A model generated the notes under the pieces. It was not told the DNA's origin and did not search any database. It saw only the letters and a list, made by a program, of their open reading frames with translations. From assembly GCF_009914755.1 (NCBI RefSeq), contig NC_060925.1: a stretch of DNA of 64,000 bases; one strand, given 5' to 3'. The position numbers were made by a program, and so were the translations under genes. This DNA is from the human T2T-CHM13v2.0 reference genome, Homo sapiens. Below, one piece after another: positions 39,823-53,762 of this stretch (position 1 is the first letter of the stretch; every line of letters starts with the position of its first letter).

Positions 39823-41721
39823 GCATTAATTAATATGATAAATAACTATCAGGTGTAAGCCACAGTGATACTTTTCAAAATAATCGAAAATTTTTCAAAG
39901 TGTTGTTTTTTTGAAAAGATCACTCATGATATCCTCAAAGTATATAAAGGAAGCGATCATTCCCCATGTTGCCATCATTCCTTGTATTCACATCCACAAC
40001 TGTAGACTGCATCTACTTCAATTAAAATAGATGGACTAGCTAGATAATCAAAACCCTGGCGTCTCTAAACAAAAGTTATTTTGATACTTCTATGTAATGC
40101 TATTTACTGCCTTCAATCAATCAGTAGAGAATTAGTTAAGCAACTGACAATAACTGTGGGATTTGAGAGTGGCAAATATCTCATTTACACCCAGTAGCAA
40201 ACAAATTTGCTCCATGAAATTGCCATGCAGTGGCCACAGGCCCTTAAAATTCAGTTGGATTCCTAAAACATTTGTAGTACCATTTCTCATGTTTTAATAT
40301 CCAGAAATTAGTCAAAGTGATAAATATGACCTCCATGTACACAAAAGCAAACTACACACTAAACAGGGGAAATAAAATGAAAACAGAAAAAAATTAAACC
40401 AGCTTCAGAGAGAAAATGCCTGATTATTTAAGAAATCAGGAGTGGGCAAGGGTGGTGTACCCAGGAGAGGCAAAAGATTCGTTCTTTTTTTAACAGGCTA
40501 TTATAAAATGACTTGATTGGATCAACCAACTTTTAAGCCAAGGCATCTTTGAGATATTCCATGTCACTGTGTGTTTGTTGTGATGGAGGCACAATCATAA
40601 TCTCCAAGTCCCAATAGCCTAACGTGCCTTCTTTCACTCCCAGCTGGCCCCAAACTGTACCCTGTCTTTCACGATGAAGATCTCATCTCTCTGACTCACG
40701 CTGGTCATCCCTCTGGCCTGGGAAGTGTCAGTTCTAATGAGCAGGAGGAGAAGGACTGAGATTCTTCAATGAGCATGGAAGAATGGAGGGACGCCAGCTA
40801 AATGCTATTCACACCCTAAATAGCCATTCAGATTAGTGGCCGTGGCTCGTAAAGGACAGATCCCACACTGATGTGTGTGCAGACCCCTTTCGAAATCAGT
40901 GATCCATGCAACTTGAGTGGTAATGGGATCCGACCCTTAGTGTCAAAACCTGCACCTGTTAGGCTTGGAACAATGGGTCATTCTGAAGTCAGCCACTGCA
41001 ACTTGCTCTTTTCCAGACCAGTGAAAAGAATATCTCATTTCTCTTGGAAATTGGTGACCACCACGCAAAATACTTTCGGGCTATTTGCAAAACAGCATAC
41101 AAGCTGTGAAAATGATGCTATTATAGTTGTAACACCACAGACCTGCTAGCCTCATATTTTGAGAATGATGCACATTAATCATATCTGCCTTCCATGTCAG
41201 CGGACTGTAAATTAAGCTCACGTGAATGGGTAGGAAGAGGGGCATGAATGTATGTGTGTATATACAGAGGGAGGTATTAATTAAATATATGCAAAGAGCA
41301 CATTGACTTCTAATTTGAAGCATGGGGTCCCAGTCTCACTTCTCTCACTAGCTGTGTGACTTTGGGTAAGTCAAGTCATTATGCTTCTCTATGGAATGGA
41401 GAGAACATCAACCTCAGAGCATCATAGAGGATCAAGAAATTTACCTTCCCTTTGCTTTACTTTCAGTTAGTTTCATCAGCCATTAAAACTTTGGATTAAG
41501 TGATTTCTAAGGTTTCTTCTAATTCTAAAATTATATTATTCAACTTAGTTATTTGCTTAAATTATTCTGTGATTCAATATAATCTTAAAAGATCATGCTG
41601 CACACACCTTACCAGCCAGCAGAATTGTACCAATATATTACAACATTGATGAAAATGTATAACAAGTAGCTGCCTAAATCTGTGTTTATTCATTTTACCA
41701 AAATGGCGTTGATTATTTGTC

Positions 41722-42028
41722 TTTTTTTTTTTTTTTAGACAAGGTCTTGCTCTGTCACCCAGGCTGGAGTGCAGTGGCACATTGATAGCTCACTGTAGCC
41801 TCAACCTCCTGAGCTCAAGTGATTCTCCTGCTTCAGCGTTCCTCCCAAGTAGCTGGGACTACAGGCACATGCTACCATATCCAGCTAATTTTTTTGAATT
41901 GTTTTTTGTAGAGATGGGATCTTGCTATACGTTGCCCAGGATGATCTCAAACTCCTGGCCTCAAGCAATCCTCTCATCTTTGCCTCCCAAACTGCTGGGA
42001 TTAGAAGCTTGAGCCACCATGTCCAGCC
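41722..42028 (-). mobile_element. AluJ
   Basis: Reverse-complement Alu dimer with T tail; short TSD tatttgt. Confidence 0.93.
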
Positions 42029-42164
42029 TATTTGTGCCATTTTTAATTGGCTTAAGAAGGCACTATCTTCAACTGCCCTGCCTCAAGGAAAATAATTAGA
42101 ATAATCTTGCTACACTAATTTTGAGGATGAAGATTCCACATGCTTCCTTCATAGTTGGTACAGG

Positions 42165-42580
42165 TGTGTTGTCACACTGGTTGAGTATTGACAACCCAGT
42201 TTCCCTTTTGCTTCTGGTCACATGGTTAGGCTACATTTTCCAGCCTCCCTTTCACCTGGGCACAGACATGTGTCCTAGTTTGGGCCAATAGAATGTGGGT
42301 GGGAGTAATGTGTAGCAGTTCTGGCCCATAAAATCCTCCCACATGGAATCCTCCCCATCTGCCCATTTAATGGAGAGAATTCTAATGATTAAAGGAGGTG
42401 CAGCCAAAAGATGGAAGGTTTCCATGTCCCCAAATCAGAGCTTTAAGGAGACCTGCTTTGAAAAGCTTCCTGAAAACAAACATCCACATTAAATCGTTGT
42501 TGAGCAAAAAACCCAAAGTTTGTTAAACTTGTTAAATTTAGCAGTTATTATTACCAGAGTTAAATAACCCTGATTAATGA
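42165..42580 (+). mobile_element. MLT1J-like solo LTR
   Basis: ggctacattttccagcctccc, gggccaatagaatgtgggtgggagtaatgtgt, accctgattaat. Confidence 0.7.
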
Positions 42581-45500
42581 GGTCATGTAGGAACTCACCT
42601 TGATTCAGAGGTAGCCTGCAAGGATACTACCAGGCAGGCTACCTCAGAGGTCACAGAACAGAAAGGCTAACAGAGCAAGTCAAAATGCTCTGATCACTTG
42701 AGTTACTGAATTAATTTAAAACACACAAGGAAAGCAAGAAGGAAAGAGAGAGGGTACATTAACACACTGAGGCCTGGCCCATACTAACTAAATCCCAGGG
42801 CACATGATGTTCATATGTCCTGCCTCTGATTCAGCAAGCTTCCCTCATGATGGTATAGTTATAAGAAGCAGAGTTGGGGTCCAGGCAACACAAACCCTCC
42901 AGAAACTCACTGAGCCTCAAGAAACTCAACACAGATCCTCAAGAAACTCGGGCCCCTCCCAAGCCCACACACTGCCCTAGGGATCTTCTTGGCTCCCTGC
43001 TTCTCTGGAACCACTGGATTCACCAAGGCCAAACATAGTAAATGCATAGGCCGAAGCCTTGCCACCCAAAAAATTGATAGATGAAAGGAGCAAAGGAAAT
43101 CTGAAGGCCCCTATGTCATTTCAAACATTCCTCTCATTTTTCCCAGTCCTAGAGAAAGGGCCCAGAGGATGTGCCTTGCAGTTCTTTTGTCAATAGCTCA
43201 TGTTTCACCAAATAACAAGGAGGCAGCCCTTTCTGTCATGAAATATGAGGTATTATTTTCTTCCCCATTATTCAGCATTGTGAAACCCTCCAGAAACTCT
43301 TCAATCATCTGCAGCAATTTTTCTCAAGACAAATCCAAGTATAATAAATGGTGTTTTGCATATTGAGAGGATAATGGCAATTGCAAAAAAAAAAAGAAAG
43401 AAAGAAAGAAATTCTCTCCTAAATTATTCTGTTAGCCTAATTTATATTCCCTGATTAAGATGGATACTGGCAGCAATAAGAAATTACTCACATGCTCTAA
43501 GATATTGCTCAGGGGCCTAAAGCTTACACAATTGGGGTATTTAAGGGAAAAAGTTTTTAAGGAAAACTGTATTAAAAAGTCTTATTTTCACAGATTTAAC
43601 AAAAACATGGGACCATGTGACCACATCACCAGACCCCTTCTCAGGTCTTTGAAAGCAACCTGTGAAATTGAGAAGCCCTGCAGCTTAAGTTTTATTCATT
43701 CATGGTAAACACACCTCTAACTGAGGGTATTCTTAAATTGCAGGTTTAGTCCGGAAGTATCTGGGGGTCTTTCTATTTTTGCAAAGGAAGCCTAAAGAGA
43801 CACTGCTAGGAAGAAATGGAGTAAGGACATTTAAAAACTGAATTTCCACATTTCCAAGCAATTAAAATCACAGTTGTAAATGGATGTTCCAATACCATTC
43901 AGTGCACAGCTATTCTTTATTCCTCAGAAGGAACCAAATATCCAGACGATATTTGAAATGTCTTAAGCAAAAAACTCACAGGAGGTGGGGGTAGGGGATG
44001 ACAACTGATCTGCAGCTAATACCAGGGAACAGTCTTTGTGTTCTGCGTCGAGACACCGTCTGAGGCATCAGATACACACACGCCCGCTCTACCTCCTAAG
44101 TTAGCCTGAGAAGAGGACGTGGGGCCTGCAGAGGTAGCCACATTTCTCAGCATAACCTTTCCAAGCACGACTTCCCGTCTACACACAGACAGCGGGCATT
44201 TGGGAAAGAGGCCAGGCTCAAGGGGACCAGGTCATTTTCCTGGTGCTTTGTCGCTGGCTTTTATTTTCTGGGAATCCCGCAGAGTCAGCACAATCGGGAT
44301 AAGCTGAGTTCATGTGTGGACAAAGAGCAGACTCATTGCCTCAGCATAGAGATCTCTGCTTGCTTCACACAGCTCGTGATGCGGATGGCAGGGAAGTGGA
44401 ATATGCCGGAGATGAACATTAAGTAGAGAAACTTGGGTGCCTTTGTCTTTTGGCTTAGATCACTTCGTCAGGCCCAAACGCAAACCTGATAGCACAGACC
44501 AGTTTCTCCAGAAAGATCAGATGGAAGCAGCAACATGCGGTCAAGAGATTGCTTTGTCTTCCTGTTGGCAAACATCTGTGCATGTAAAAACATCCGGAGA
44601 GCTGACTGAACTCAGTTTAGATCCGGAGGTTAGGCATCCCAAGACACGGCCTGTCCCACCACCCACCATTTCCGTAGCCAACTGTTTACCTGGTCCTCCC
44701 AACAACTTACAGAAGAGCCCTAAAGTGTCCTGGTCCTCACTCAGTGAGGAGCCAAGGGCCAAGGGAGGTGACTCAACAGTGGCAGCTCCATCGGATGTGA
44801 GCCTGGCACCAGGGCTGCATGGCACAGCTGCGTCTTTTATTCCAAAGGGCCCTCTAAAAATCACTAGGTTTTGCTTTCCTGGCAGAGCATCAGTCCTTCA
44901 TGGAAGGCACCTACTGTCAGGACAACCGGGCAGCTTCAAAGGCCTAAGGATTCCTGCGACGAAGGGAGTGCAGCTTCCTCCATGTGAACGATAGGTCACC
45001 CTGGGGTGGCCAGCAACTCGCTCAGCTCCTCGTGGCTGCTCTGCCCTGGCTGGGGAAAATGAGTCCCTGCTTTAGAGCCAGAGGAACACAATGACCTCCT
45101 TATCCCTTTTTAAACAGCCACTTTCCTTGCAAATCTCTGCTAATAAGCACAGCTTATCTTTATTTACCAGGTAGCTCCTTTCCCTTCTGAGATATCAGAA
45201 GGCCCAATGAGAGGAAGCAGAGAGAAAAGGGTTTTCTACAAAGTGACAAGGAGACAGCACTTTTCTGTCTAAAAATACACAGATGTCCTTCTCCTTAGTG
45301 GTGCTAACTTGTTATAGATAGTTTGGGGACAGCTTTGAAAAACTTATGAGAATTCCATGTAGCCTGTGATTGGTGGGAGTTCCCACTTAACTGTTCTGTG
45401 TTCTTTTCATCTTTCCATCAGCTGAGCTAAACACTGCAAAGCAAAAAAAACTTTAAAACCAATTGGTCTAGCCCCCACCTCTGAGCAGAGTTACACGTAA

Positions 45501-46197
45501 CCATTCAATATTCTTAGATTAAATGACTTTAATAAGCTCTCGTGATTCTACCACTCTAACCCCATAAACCAGGAGTGAAATCCTCAATTCTGAGTTCAGA
45601 TACTAGGAAATCCTTTTTCTGCAGCACACTTTATGACTTTTATGCATTTTAATTCTAAAATGCTACTTTCCTAATTAAATGTAGTACAATCTTTCCTAAT
45701 CTTATGTAGTACAATTGCAGCTCAATCATATTTTTGGGGAACTCTAGAATACCCTGGAATATATAAGCCACAGCTATGCATAAATATATATATATATATA
45801 AAAGGATACAGTAAGTTGAGACTCCTGATCTATAAATAAGTCTGTTCACTTGCATAATTATGAGGACTGAACAGGATAAATTTCACTCTTGTAAAAACCA
45901 ATAGGCCTAGGAAAGACTCAAATCTCTATCTCAGTTTCACAGGGAGCTCTAGGGAAGCACATTCCCAAAGCAGACGTCGTTGGGTAAAAGCCAATGCCCT
46001 GCTCTAGGTCAAAATATTGCAAATTTCCTAAGCAAAATTTGTTTCTGTTCTAGAAAAATAGGTTATGTTCACCTGGATCACTTACCAAAGGCTTCTGGGA
46101 TTCAATGGAATACGAGGACCTACTGAACTGTGAAGTGCTTGAAGGCAGAAAATGTATCATTCATTTTTAAAATCCCTGACATTAAGCATAGGGACTG

Positions 46198-46257
46198 GTG
46201 GTGCTGGTGGTGGTGGTGGTGATGATGATAATGATGATGACGATGATGATAGCAGCA
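46198..46257. repeat. (GGT)n/(GAT)n trinucleotide repeat
   Basis: ggtggtgctggtggtggtggtggtgatgatgataatgatgatgacgatgatgat. Confidence 0.9.
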
Positions 46258-46600
46258 ACTGTTCATTGAGCACTTACAATGTGTCAGGGACTTTGCTGTT
46301 TCCTTTACATATATTAATTCATTTATAACTCAGTATTATATATACTTATATACTTATATATTTACTACTTACAGTATATATATATAATATATATTATATA
46401 CATTAATTCATTTATTACTCACAGCAACCTGTGAGCCAGGTACTATTAACAACCCTATCCTACAGATGAGGACACTCGGTAATAAACTCAGAGTTTAAGT
46501 AATGGCCAAAGCCAGAGAGTTTAAGTAATGGCCAAAGTCATACCTCTGGTAAATGGTAGAGACAGGATTCAAAGCCAGGTCTTTCTGAACCTGTAAATTG
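46258..46600 (-). mobile_element. MIR, antisense, with a TA-rich insert and local duplications
   Basis: attgagcacttacaatgtgtcagg, tacagatgaggacact, caggattcaaagccaggtct. Confidence 0.75.
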
Positions 46601-46859
46601 CACTACTCCTGAACCTGTAAATTACACAACTATGACAATATAGCCTGCTACATGGTAGATGTTTAATAAATGTATTTGGACAAAACTGAGCAGGTGTAGT
46701 GGAATTGGTGGGATAATTTTCTCCCTACTTTCAATTTCTATCTGACTTGCGCAGGCATTTGTTTGTTACAGACCACATTCTTGTGATTGTTATTGTGATG
46801 GTCTTAGTTCTCCAAACTACACTACAAGTCTCTTGAGGGCAAGACAACATATTCTTCAC

Positions 46860-47035
46860 AATAATAATAGATGCTGTATTATGCTCCATGCTTTATACAT
46901 TTTTAATCCTTATAATGGATCTGAAAGGGATATATTAGCATTTCCATTTTTCGAATGAGGAAACAAATGCAAAGGTGAATGACTTGCCTGTGGCTACCAA
47001 GCTAACAGTGGGAGATTCAAACACCTTCTGTCTGC
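46860..47035 (-). mobile_element. MIR, antisense
   Basis: ccatttttcgaatgaggaaacaaatgc...gacttgcc. Confidence 0.65.
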
Positions 47036-49219
47036 CTCACATTTTTCCACTTTGCTCTGCTGAAAGCCAAACACTTACATTACCCAGCTCTAGAGATTTA
47101 GCATGGTCTAGGATACTTGAATATTATTGTCTCAGTTACTCTTCATTCAGAGCTCTCTCTCCTGGCTAGACTGGTGAAAATCATAGAGCTCTGGTAGATG
47201 AGGAATAGGGAGGAAAAAGATATCACATTTCTGGTCTGGTTTGGTTCTCTGATCTCATTTGCTTGGATGGGCTACAGAAAATCAGCAGTGGGGGTCGGGG
47301 AATTGGGGGCCAAAGTTTAGTTACTTAAGAGAGCTGTACAGAGGAGAAAACCCTCCACTTTCTTTGTCCCATCTGCCACACCCAAGAGCTGGCATCACAC
47401 CACTGCTGACATGTACAGTGTCTGTTGGCTGGGCTGAGAACCCCATGTAACCTCCACAGCTAAGGTGTCCTTGGGGGATACAGGCCAATTTCTCCAGCAG
47501 CCCCAGGTTCCAGAGGGACAATAATGTCTCATCAGGTCCTAACACTGTCATGTGCTACCCCTACTACTGGGGTTAGAATGTTTCACTAGGATCCATAATA
47601 TCTCCTAGCTATGTAGTCTCACCTCCCTACAAATCTGAGATATGGTTTCTGACACAAGGGAAGGGTATCTGTTAGACTGTAAAGATGTACCACTTTTATT
47701 CTCAGCTAGAGGCCTTCTCTTTGGGGTGATGACCAGCTAGTAGCTGCAGGTGTGGGAAAGGGTTGCCTTTTCTTGATACTTGGCCACCTTTTATGAAAGA
47801 ATGCAAAAGTGAGCCTAAAGACAATAAATATTAGATAGAAGAATAGATTCCTAAGAATATATTCCTTTCTAATATTAGAAAGAGGAATAGATTCCTTGGC
47901 CAGTCAGCCTCTGTATGTCTGAAATCACCCAAAGAGTTCTACTTAAAAAAAAATGTTTAGATTGAGTTATCCAGTTAAAATCAAACTCTCCAGGCTGACT
48001 GATATCAATGGCTCATATGTGCAATTGGCTTTCCTCCTGGTTGTAAGCAAGAGGACAAGGACCACATCTTCCCTGTGCACCCAGCATAACATGGCCCCTA
48101 GCAGGTGCTCCATAGGCACTTGTTGTACACATGTACAACAGTAATTATGGCTTGTTGTAATTATTCAACTTGTTGAATGAAGGTTGAACATCATCAGGAG
48201 AGACTCACTTGGCCTTCGTCTGTGGAAGCAAAGGATGAAAATGTAATAGAGAATAATAGAATAGAGACATCTTCATGGTCCCTGACTCCCAGTAAAGCTA
48301 GGATCTTTGTACCTAATCATAAGTAACAGGGATATTCTGAAGGGGTTCTGTGGCCCCTTGACAATCATAAGTGATTTTGAGAAATAAATATTTTGACATC
48401 TAGTCCCAAAGCATTAGTCATGAGACTGACAATCATTGATGAGACAGTGGAAATGTGGAAGTTGGCACTGGACTATGAAAATGCAGTTCCGTGGGACTTG
48501 GATGAGGCATGACAGCCAGAAGATCAGCTTCAGACACGAAACCCTTCCTCCTAGCCCCACCAAAATTATTCTTCAGTGTGTAGCTCCATTGCATACGGGC
48601 TGGGGATGAGCCTTTTCCTCTATGTTGCTCCCTTGATTCTCTTTCATGCACATTCTTGGCATGTCACAGACTCTCCCCAGCCTTGAATTCTAGCCCCATT
48701 CCATCTCATCTGGGGCAAGTCTCACAATTCCTCATCTATTCAGTGTGCACAATTCATATCTGCTGTACCTGACTCAGGATTCCTGGGAGAATCAAATGAG
48801 ATTATTCATTCGGCTTTTCAACAAATATTTGTTGAGTAGTTGCTGAATAACATAGTGTAAGGGAGACTGTGAGAGATAATGATGAATCAGACTGCGTCTT
48901 ACCCTCAGGGACCCAGGCAATGTACAAGGCGAGACAAGTTCACATTCCAAGGTGAAATCGTCAGTCCAAGAGAGGACCAGATACTGGGCTATGGGAGCTC
49001 AGAGGTAATATGGATTATTCCAGCAGGAGGTAATAAAGAGGGCTCCAGAACAGAGGCTGCTGTTTTTGGGCTGAATTTCCAGAGTTAAAATGCAAGCAGT
49101 TTGGAAACAAAATTGGTACACAAATATTGGGCATAGGTTATAAATACCTAATTTATGGAATTCTCTATGTCCCAGAGTAATGCCTACCTAAACTCACATA
49201 GATTTCAAGCAAATAACAG

Positions 49220-49450
49220 ATAACATTTATGGAGTACTCTTGCAGTGCAAGATACTATATGCTTTATATTTGAGAACTCAACGTAATCTAAGCAAAACCC
49301 TAAGAGGCAAGATCTAGTATCAAATCCACATTGCAAATGAGGAGAATAAGGCACTGAGGGGTTGAGTTTCTTGCTGAAGGTCACACAGACAATAAATTAT
49401 ACAGCCAATATTTAAACTCAGGTGGTCAGAGTTCAAATACTGCTTCTCAG
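49220..49450 (-). mobile_element. MIR, antisense
   Basis: ccacattgcaaatgaggagaataaggcactgag...aaggtcacacag. Confidence 0.7.
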
Positions 49451-49653
49451 ACAAAGGAACAAAAATAATAAAGTCATTGCTCAAATAATTCAGTCCCTTC
49501 ACAGAACTGTTATTTTGAAAAAAATAAATGTTGGATCCTGGTGAATTATGGCAAAATTTATCTGGGAAATTACATTTCAGGTTGAGAACGTACAGGAATA
49601 AAGCCTCTTTCTTCATAGGCATCATTGAAGTCATTCCAGAGTATTTTGTGCTA

Positions 49654-49672
49654 TGGCCAGTAGATGGCAGAA
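49654..49672 (+). promoter_or_regulatory. CTCF motif
   Basis: tggCCAGTAGATGGCAGaa matches the core consensus CCASYAGRKGGCRS at all 14 positions. Confidence 0.65.
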
Positions 49673-49701
49673 AGTGACAAGAAAAGGACTGGAAACTGGG
49701 A

Positions 49702-49712
49702 CCCCCCCCCCA

Positions 49713-49770
<58 letters not shown>
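49702..49770. repeat. C10 run followed by (CA)~28 microsatellite
   Basis: Read directly from the sequence. Confidence 0.97.
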
Positions 49771-49773
<3 letters not shown>

Positions 49774-50399
49774 CTCCCTGCTTGCAAAACAAAATGCATT
49801 TTGCCTACAATATATTTCGTTTAGAGTAGCAAACACTTTCTCCTTCCTCAAAGCGAGCTCCAGAGTAGAAACTGCAATTGTGTATTTGAAATTCTCCAGT
49901 CACCAAATCCAAGAAAGGTGAAGAGGAACTGCCCCAGTGGCGTCTGCGAGGCGTTTCCTCTATAAAGCTGTCGTCCCTAGTTCTGGTCAGTGCTGACCAA
50001 GTCACCCTGGCCTCCTCCCCGGCCCCTTTTTCTACTGCAGGAAAGGCTGGAGCTTCGGAAGAGATAACATCAGGGAAGTACTTGGCAACTATGAAGAGTT
50101 TTACCCATGTTAAAACAAAAGCCAGCAAAGCATTCCTTCAGTAAAGATATGTTAAGCACCTATCGTGTGCTGGGCTCTGGGCACAACCAAAAGCTTGGCA
50201 GCTGCTATTTAACCTCCTCCTGCTTCACCAGCAGCAAACTGTTGCCAAATGAGCCTAAAAAGAAATTAGTTCCATGGATTCCTTTGCTGAGTAATTCTGC
50301 AGTGAAAATAAGAGAAATCAGACACACTGGAAACTTTTAATTACAAGAAAACCTGGGGAATCCTATTGCCGTCTTAGATTTTAAAAGACCGCTCTAAGT

Positions 50400-50890
50400 A
50401 TTGAACTCAGAAGCTTTAAAAGGAAAAGATATTATTAGACTTGACTACATAAAACTTTTAATCATCTGAACTTCAAAAAGCACTTTGAAAATCAGAAGAA
50501 AAAATAAAAAGCTGTAAAACATATGACAAAGAATTAATGTTCTTAAATATAAATATTCTAAGAGCTCTTATAAATCAATAAATGTATAGATCAATAAATC
50601 CTGTAAATCAATATTCTTATCAATTGATCAGATGGGCAAACGGCATGAAGAGGCATATCACAGGATAAAATGGAGCAAAGGGCCAATGAAACATTGGAAA
50701 TGTGCTCAATTTAATTCATAGTAAATAAATACAAATTTAAATGGAAACAATAGTTTATTTTTCACCCCTGGGTATGGAGTCAGCCTTCTCCTGGGGTATT
50801 GGTAAGTATAAGTTGGCAAAACTTTTTCAAGAACAATTTGACAACATTTAGGAATATGTTTGCATTTCCTTGACTTAGAAATTCTGGTCT
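50400..50890 (+). mobile_element. Old L1M ORF2 fragment
   Basis: ttgactacataaaactttta, agagctcttataaatcaata, atgggcaaacggcatgaagaggca. Confidence 0.65.
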
Positions 50891-50929
50891 TCTCTGCCTC
50901 CCTCACTCAGGTGCACTCAGTCAGTCCTG

Positions 50930-51517
50930 TATCTTTCAACATGTCTCATAGACTGACAGTGGCCAAATTAAGTCTCCAGCCCTGACCTCTCCTCTGCACC
51001 CCAGGCTCCTTTCTGAACACCTCCCTTTGGATGTGTAATAAACACAGCAAACATCAGTCCACGATGGAATTCTTTTTCCTTTCCCCTACCTTCTCAAAAC
51101 TGCTCCTGCTCCCCATCCCCTCTTAGTAAATGGCCCTGCCACTCAGCATATTAGTGAAGTCCCGGAACCCTGGAGTTATCCTTGATATGCTCTTCTGTCC
51201 TTGAACCTGCCACATTTCCATCTTTGATTTCCTGTTCCAGAATGTTCTCTCCCTTGCTTCATCAAGTCTCTCACCAGAGAAGTCTTTCCTGACCACACAC
51301 TCTGGAATAGTAACTCTGTCACTCTCCATTCCCTCCACTGTCTTATTGTTCTTAGCTTACGTCACCACCTGATGTCATGACTCTTGCCTGTCTAGGCACT
51401 ACTGTATAAGCGCCACTGAAGCAGGATCTATATTGTCTTCAACACAGCATTCCTAGTGCCTACCACATTTCTTGGCACATAGTGGGCTCTCAAAAATCAG
51501 TGTGGGATGAATGAATC
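50930..51517 (+). mobile_element. L2 fragments ending in the 3' end
   Basis: ctccagccctgacctctcc, ctggagttatccttga, cttggcacatagtgggctctcaaaa...atgaatgaat. Confidence 0.75.
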
Positions 51518-51614
51518 CAGGACTTACCCTACAGATGTGTGTATGTGTGTATAAATATATATTCAATTAACTATGCCTTAATAGGGACTAGTTAAGTGGA
51601 TTATAATTTTTTAA

Positions 51615-51740
51615 AACCCTCAGTTTCCTCATACAAAAATAGGATAGAAAAAAGTACCTATCTCATATGGTTTTTGTGAGAATAAAATAAAAATGACACC
51701 TGGTACTTGGTACATAGACACATTCAACAAATGTTAGGTA
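51615..51740 (+). mobile_element. MIR fragment
   Basis: cctcagtttcctcatacaaaaataggatag...gtacctatctcata. Confidence 0.7.
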
Positions 51741-53762
51741 CTGGCAGCTCATCACTGCTTGGCAGCCGATAAAAAGAATGAGTTAAATCAAATGTACTGA
51801 CCTGGAAGATGTCCACAACATATGGTTAAATTAAAAAACCAAGGTTGCAAAGCAATGTGAATACTATGCTCTTAGGGAAAGGCCCAGAAGGAGTTCAGGG
51901 AAGCATCTGAAGGTGATGGGTGGCTGTGGTAGCCACCTATGGTGAATGAAGTTCACAGAGAAAGGTCTGGGGAAGAGAGAAGAGACCAGGCACGTAACGT
52001 ATTTGCTTAAATATGCTTCTGTATGGTTTGAATGTTTGGCAAAGCATATTGATACTTTTACAATATTTTTTAACTTTAAAAGCAGATAACGCCCCAGAGA
52101 ACTACTCTGTTGTTAGGCTGTAACAGGGAAATGTGTTGAGCTTCCAGGCTGCTAAAGAAATTTTGCCCCAGCCTGCCTTGAATTTTTGTAGGTAAAACCT
52201 GACACTACAGGAAAAGTTTGGGACAAGTTTAGCAAGCATATTCTACTCAAGTCTGGTGAGAAAACTGTAATTGTTAGATTTGATTTTTTAAGCAATACCA
52301 CAGGATGGCTAGAAGGATTCGATGAATTGGCAAATGTGAAACATGGAGCCCTTGTACCTAATGGCTGTCCATTAGATACCAGCTGTGTCAGAATGTGATG
52401 CAGACAGGAACATTTTCAAGGACTGGGGAGAGTTATTAAATTGCATTTGCTGTTTGTTCTCCTTCACTGAACAAATATTTATTGAGCATGCACTATGTGC
52501 CAGGTGCTGGGCCAGACATAGGTATTCAGCAGGACCAGACAGACTTCATTTTTGCCTTCAGGGGAATTCCCTCCTTTTGTACTCATGCAACTGCAATGCT
52601 TCCAGGGTTAGGCAGGATTTCAGGCAGCCTGGTTATTCAGGTAGCATGCTTATCTTCAGAGCTGTGGGTTTTCTGTCTAGAATTAAACTACAAAGTGATG
52701 AAAGCATAAGGACTATCTCTAAATTTGGAAATTTAACCAGGATCTTTCTTGAGCAATGAAATGGCATGAAAGTAGTTCCCAAATAGCAGTATTCCAAAAG
52801 TGCAATGCTAATGAAACAACACACTACAATAGCAGGAGTTGTATTCCACCCTTTATGTAGCAGGGATGAAGACTACAAGGAGAAAAGTCCACATGTTTGG
52901 TGAAAAGTAGCCCATTACCTAAGGAGAGGATTCTCTTACAAGTAAAATAAAAACTCAAGCCATTACACCTATGTACAAGAGTCAAAGTTCCATGGGCCCT
53001 TCTTGACCTAGGATCTACTTGAAGAGGGACACATGCCCCATGCAACAGCCGAGGGATGAGACATGAAGGGGAGAAGGCGGATTGGGATACGCTTTCAACA
53101 TCATCTCCCAGAGCAGATTCCTTGCTCCAAGCTTGGAGGACTCTTCCTGCAAGAGCTGCATCCATAGCAGAAATCATACACATTTGAGAATCTGTTTATA
53201 TGGGTTTGTTGTGCTGGCCTTCCATCCATTCATTTCACAAGAATTGCTTGAAAGTCGCCGCCATTTCTCTTTTGTACTCCCCTCATGAGGAACAATCCAG
53301 TGCCTCGCCCAGAGTAGATGCTCTCAAAGCCACCTGTACATATTGGGGACAAAAGAAGTGGACTTCACACTATCTATTTAACTTCTTGAACTACAGGAAA
53401 CATTATTAGAGCTCTATGTTATATTTCCTCTGCATTACCTTGTGGTCAAGCAGGGCATTGAACAGAGGACACAGGGACAGCAAGGCTGACTGTGTTATCA
53501 ATATTTGTGGAAGGGAACAGAGCAAAACCAGATTGAAGGCCATCCCACAGTTCTGGCATGGCTTCTATAGAAGCAGGAGATAGACAGAAAGGAAAGAAAC
53601 AAAACAAAACAAAACAAAGCCTGGGTTGCCCCTTTTCAACGATCCTTCCTCACTAATCTAATCCTATCGGCTGCTACTCCTTATGGGGTATCCTTTTTAT
53701 CTTTGGTTTAAACTAAACCAGATCTCATAAAAAGTTGGCTTTGTTTTCAATCTTTTGCCTCC

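Noticed and set aside
44437-44994. 185-aa ORF as a CDS
   Set aside because: GTG start, no recognisable homology and no supporting gene structure
47260-47800. Possible ancient LTR (similar impression at 12360-12860)
   Set aside because: Only a vague resemblance; I could not fix the family or termini without a Dfam search
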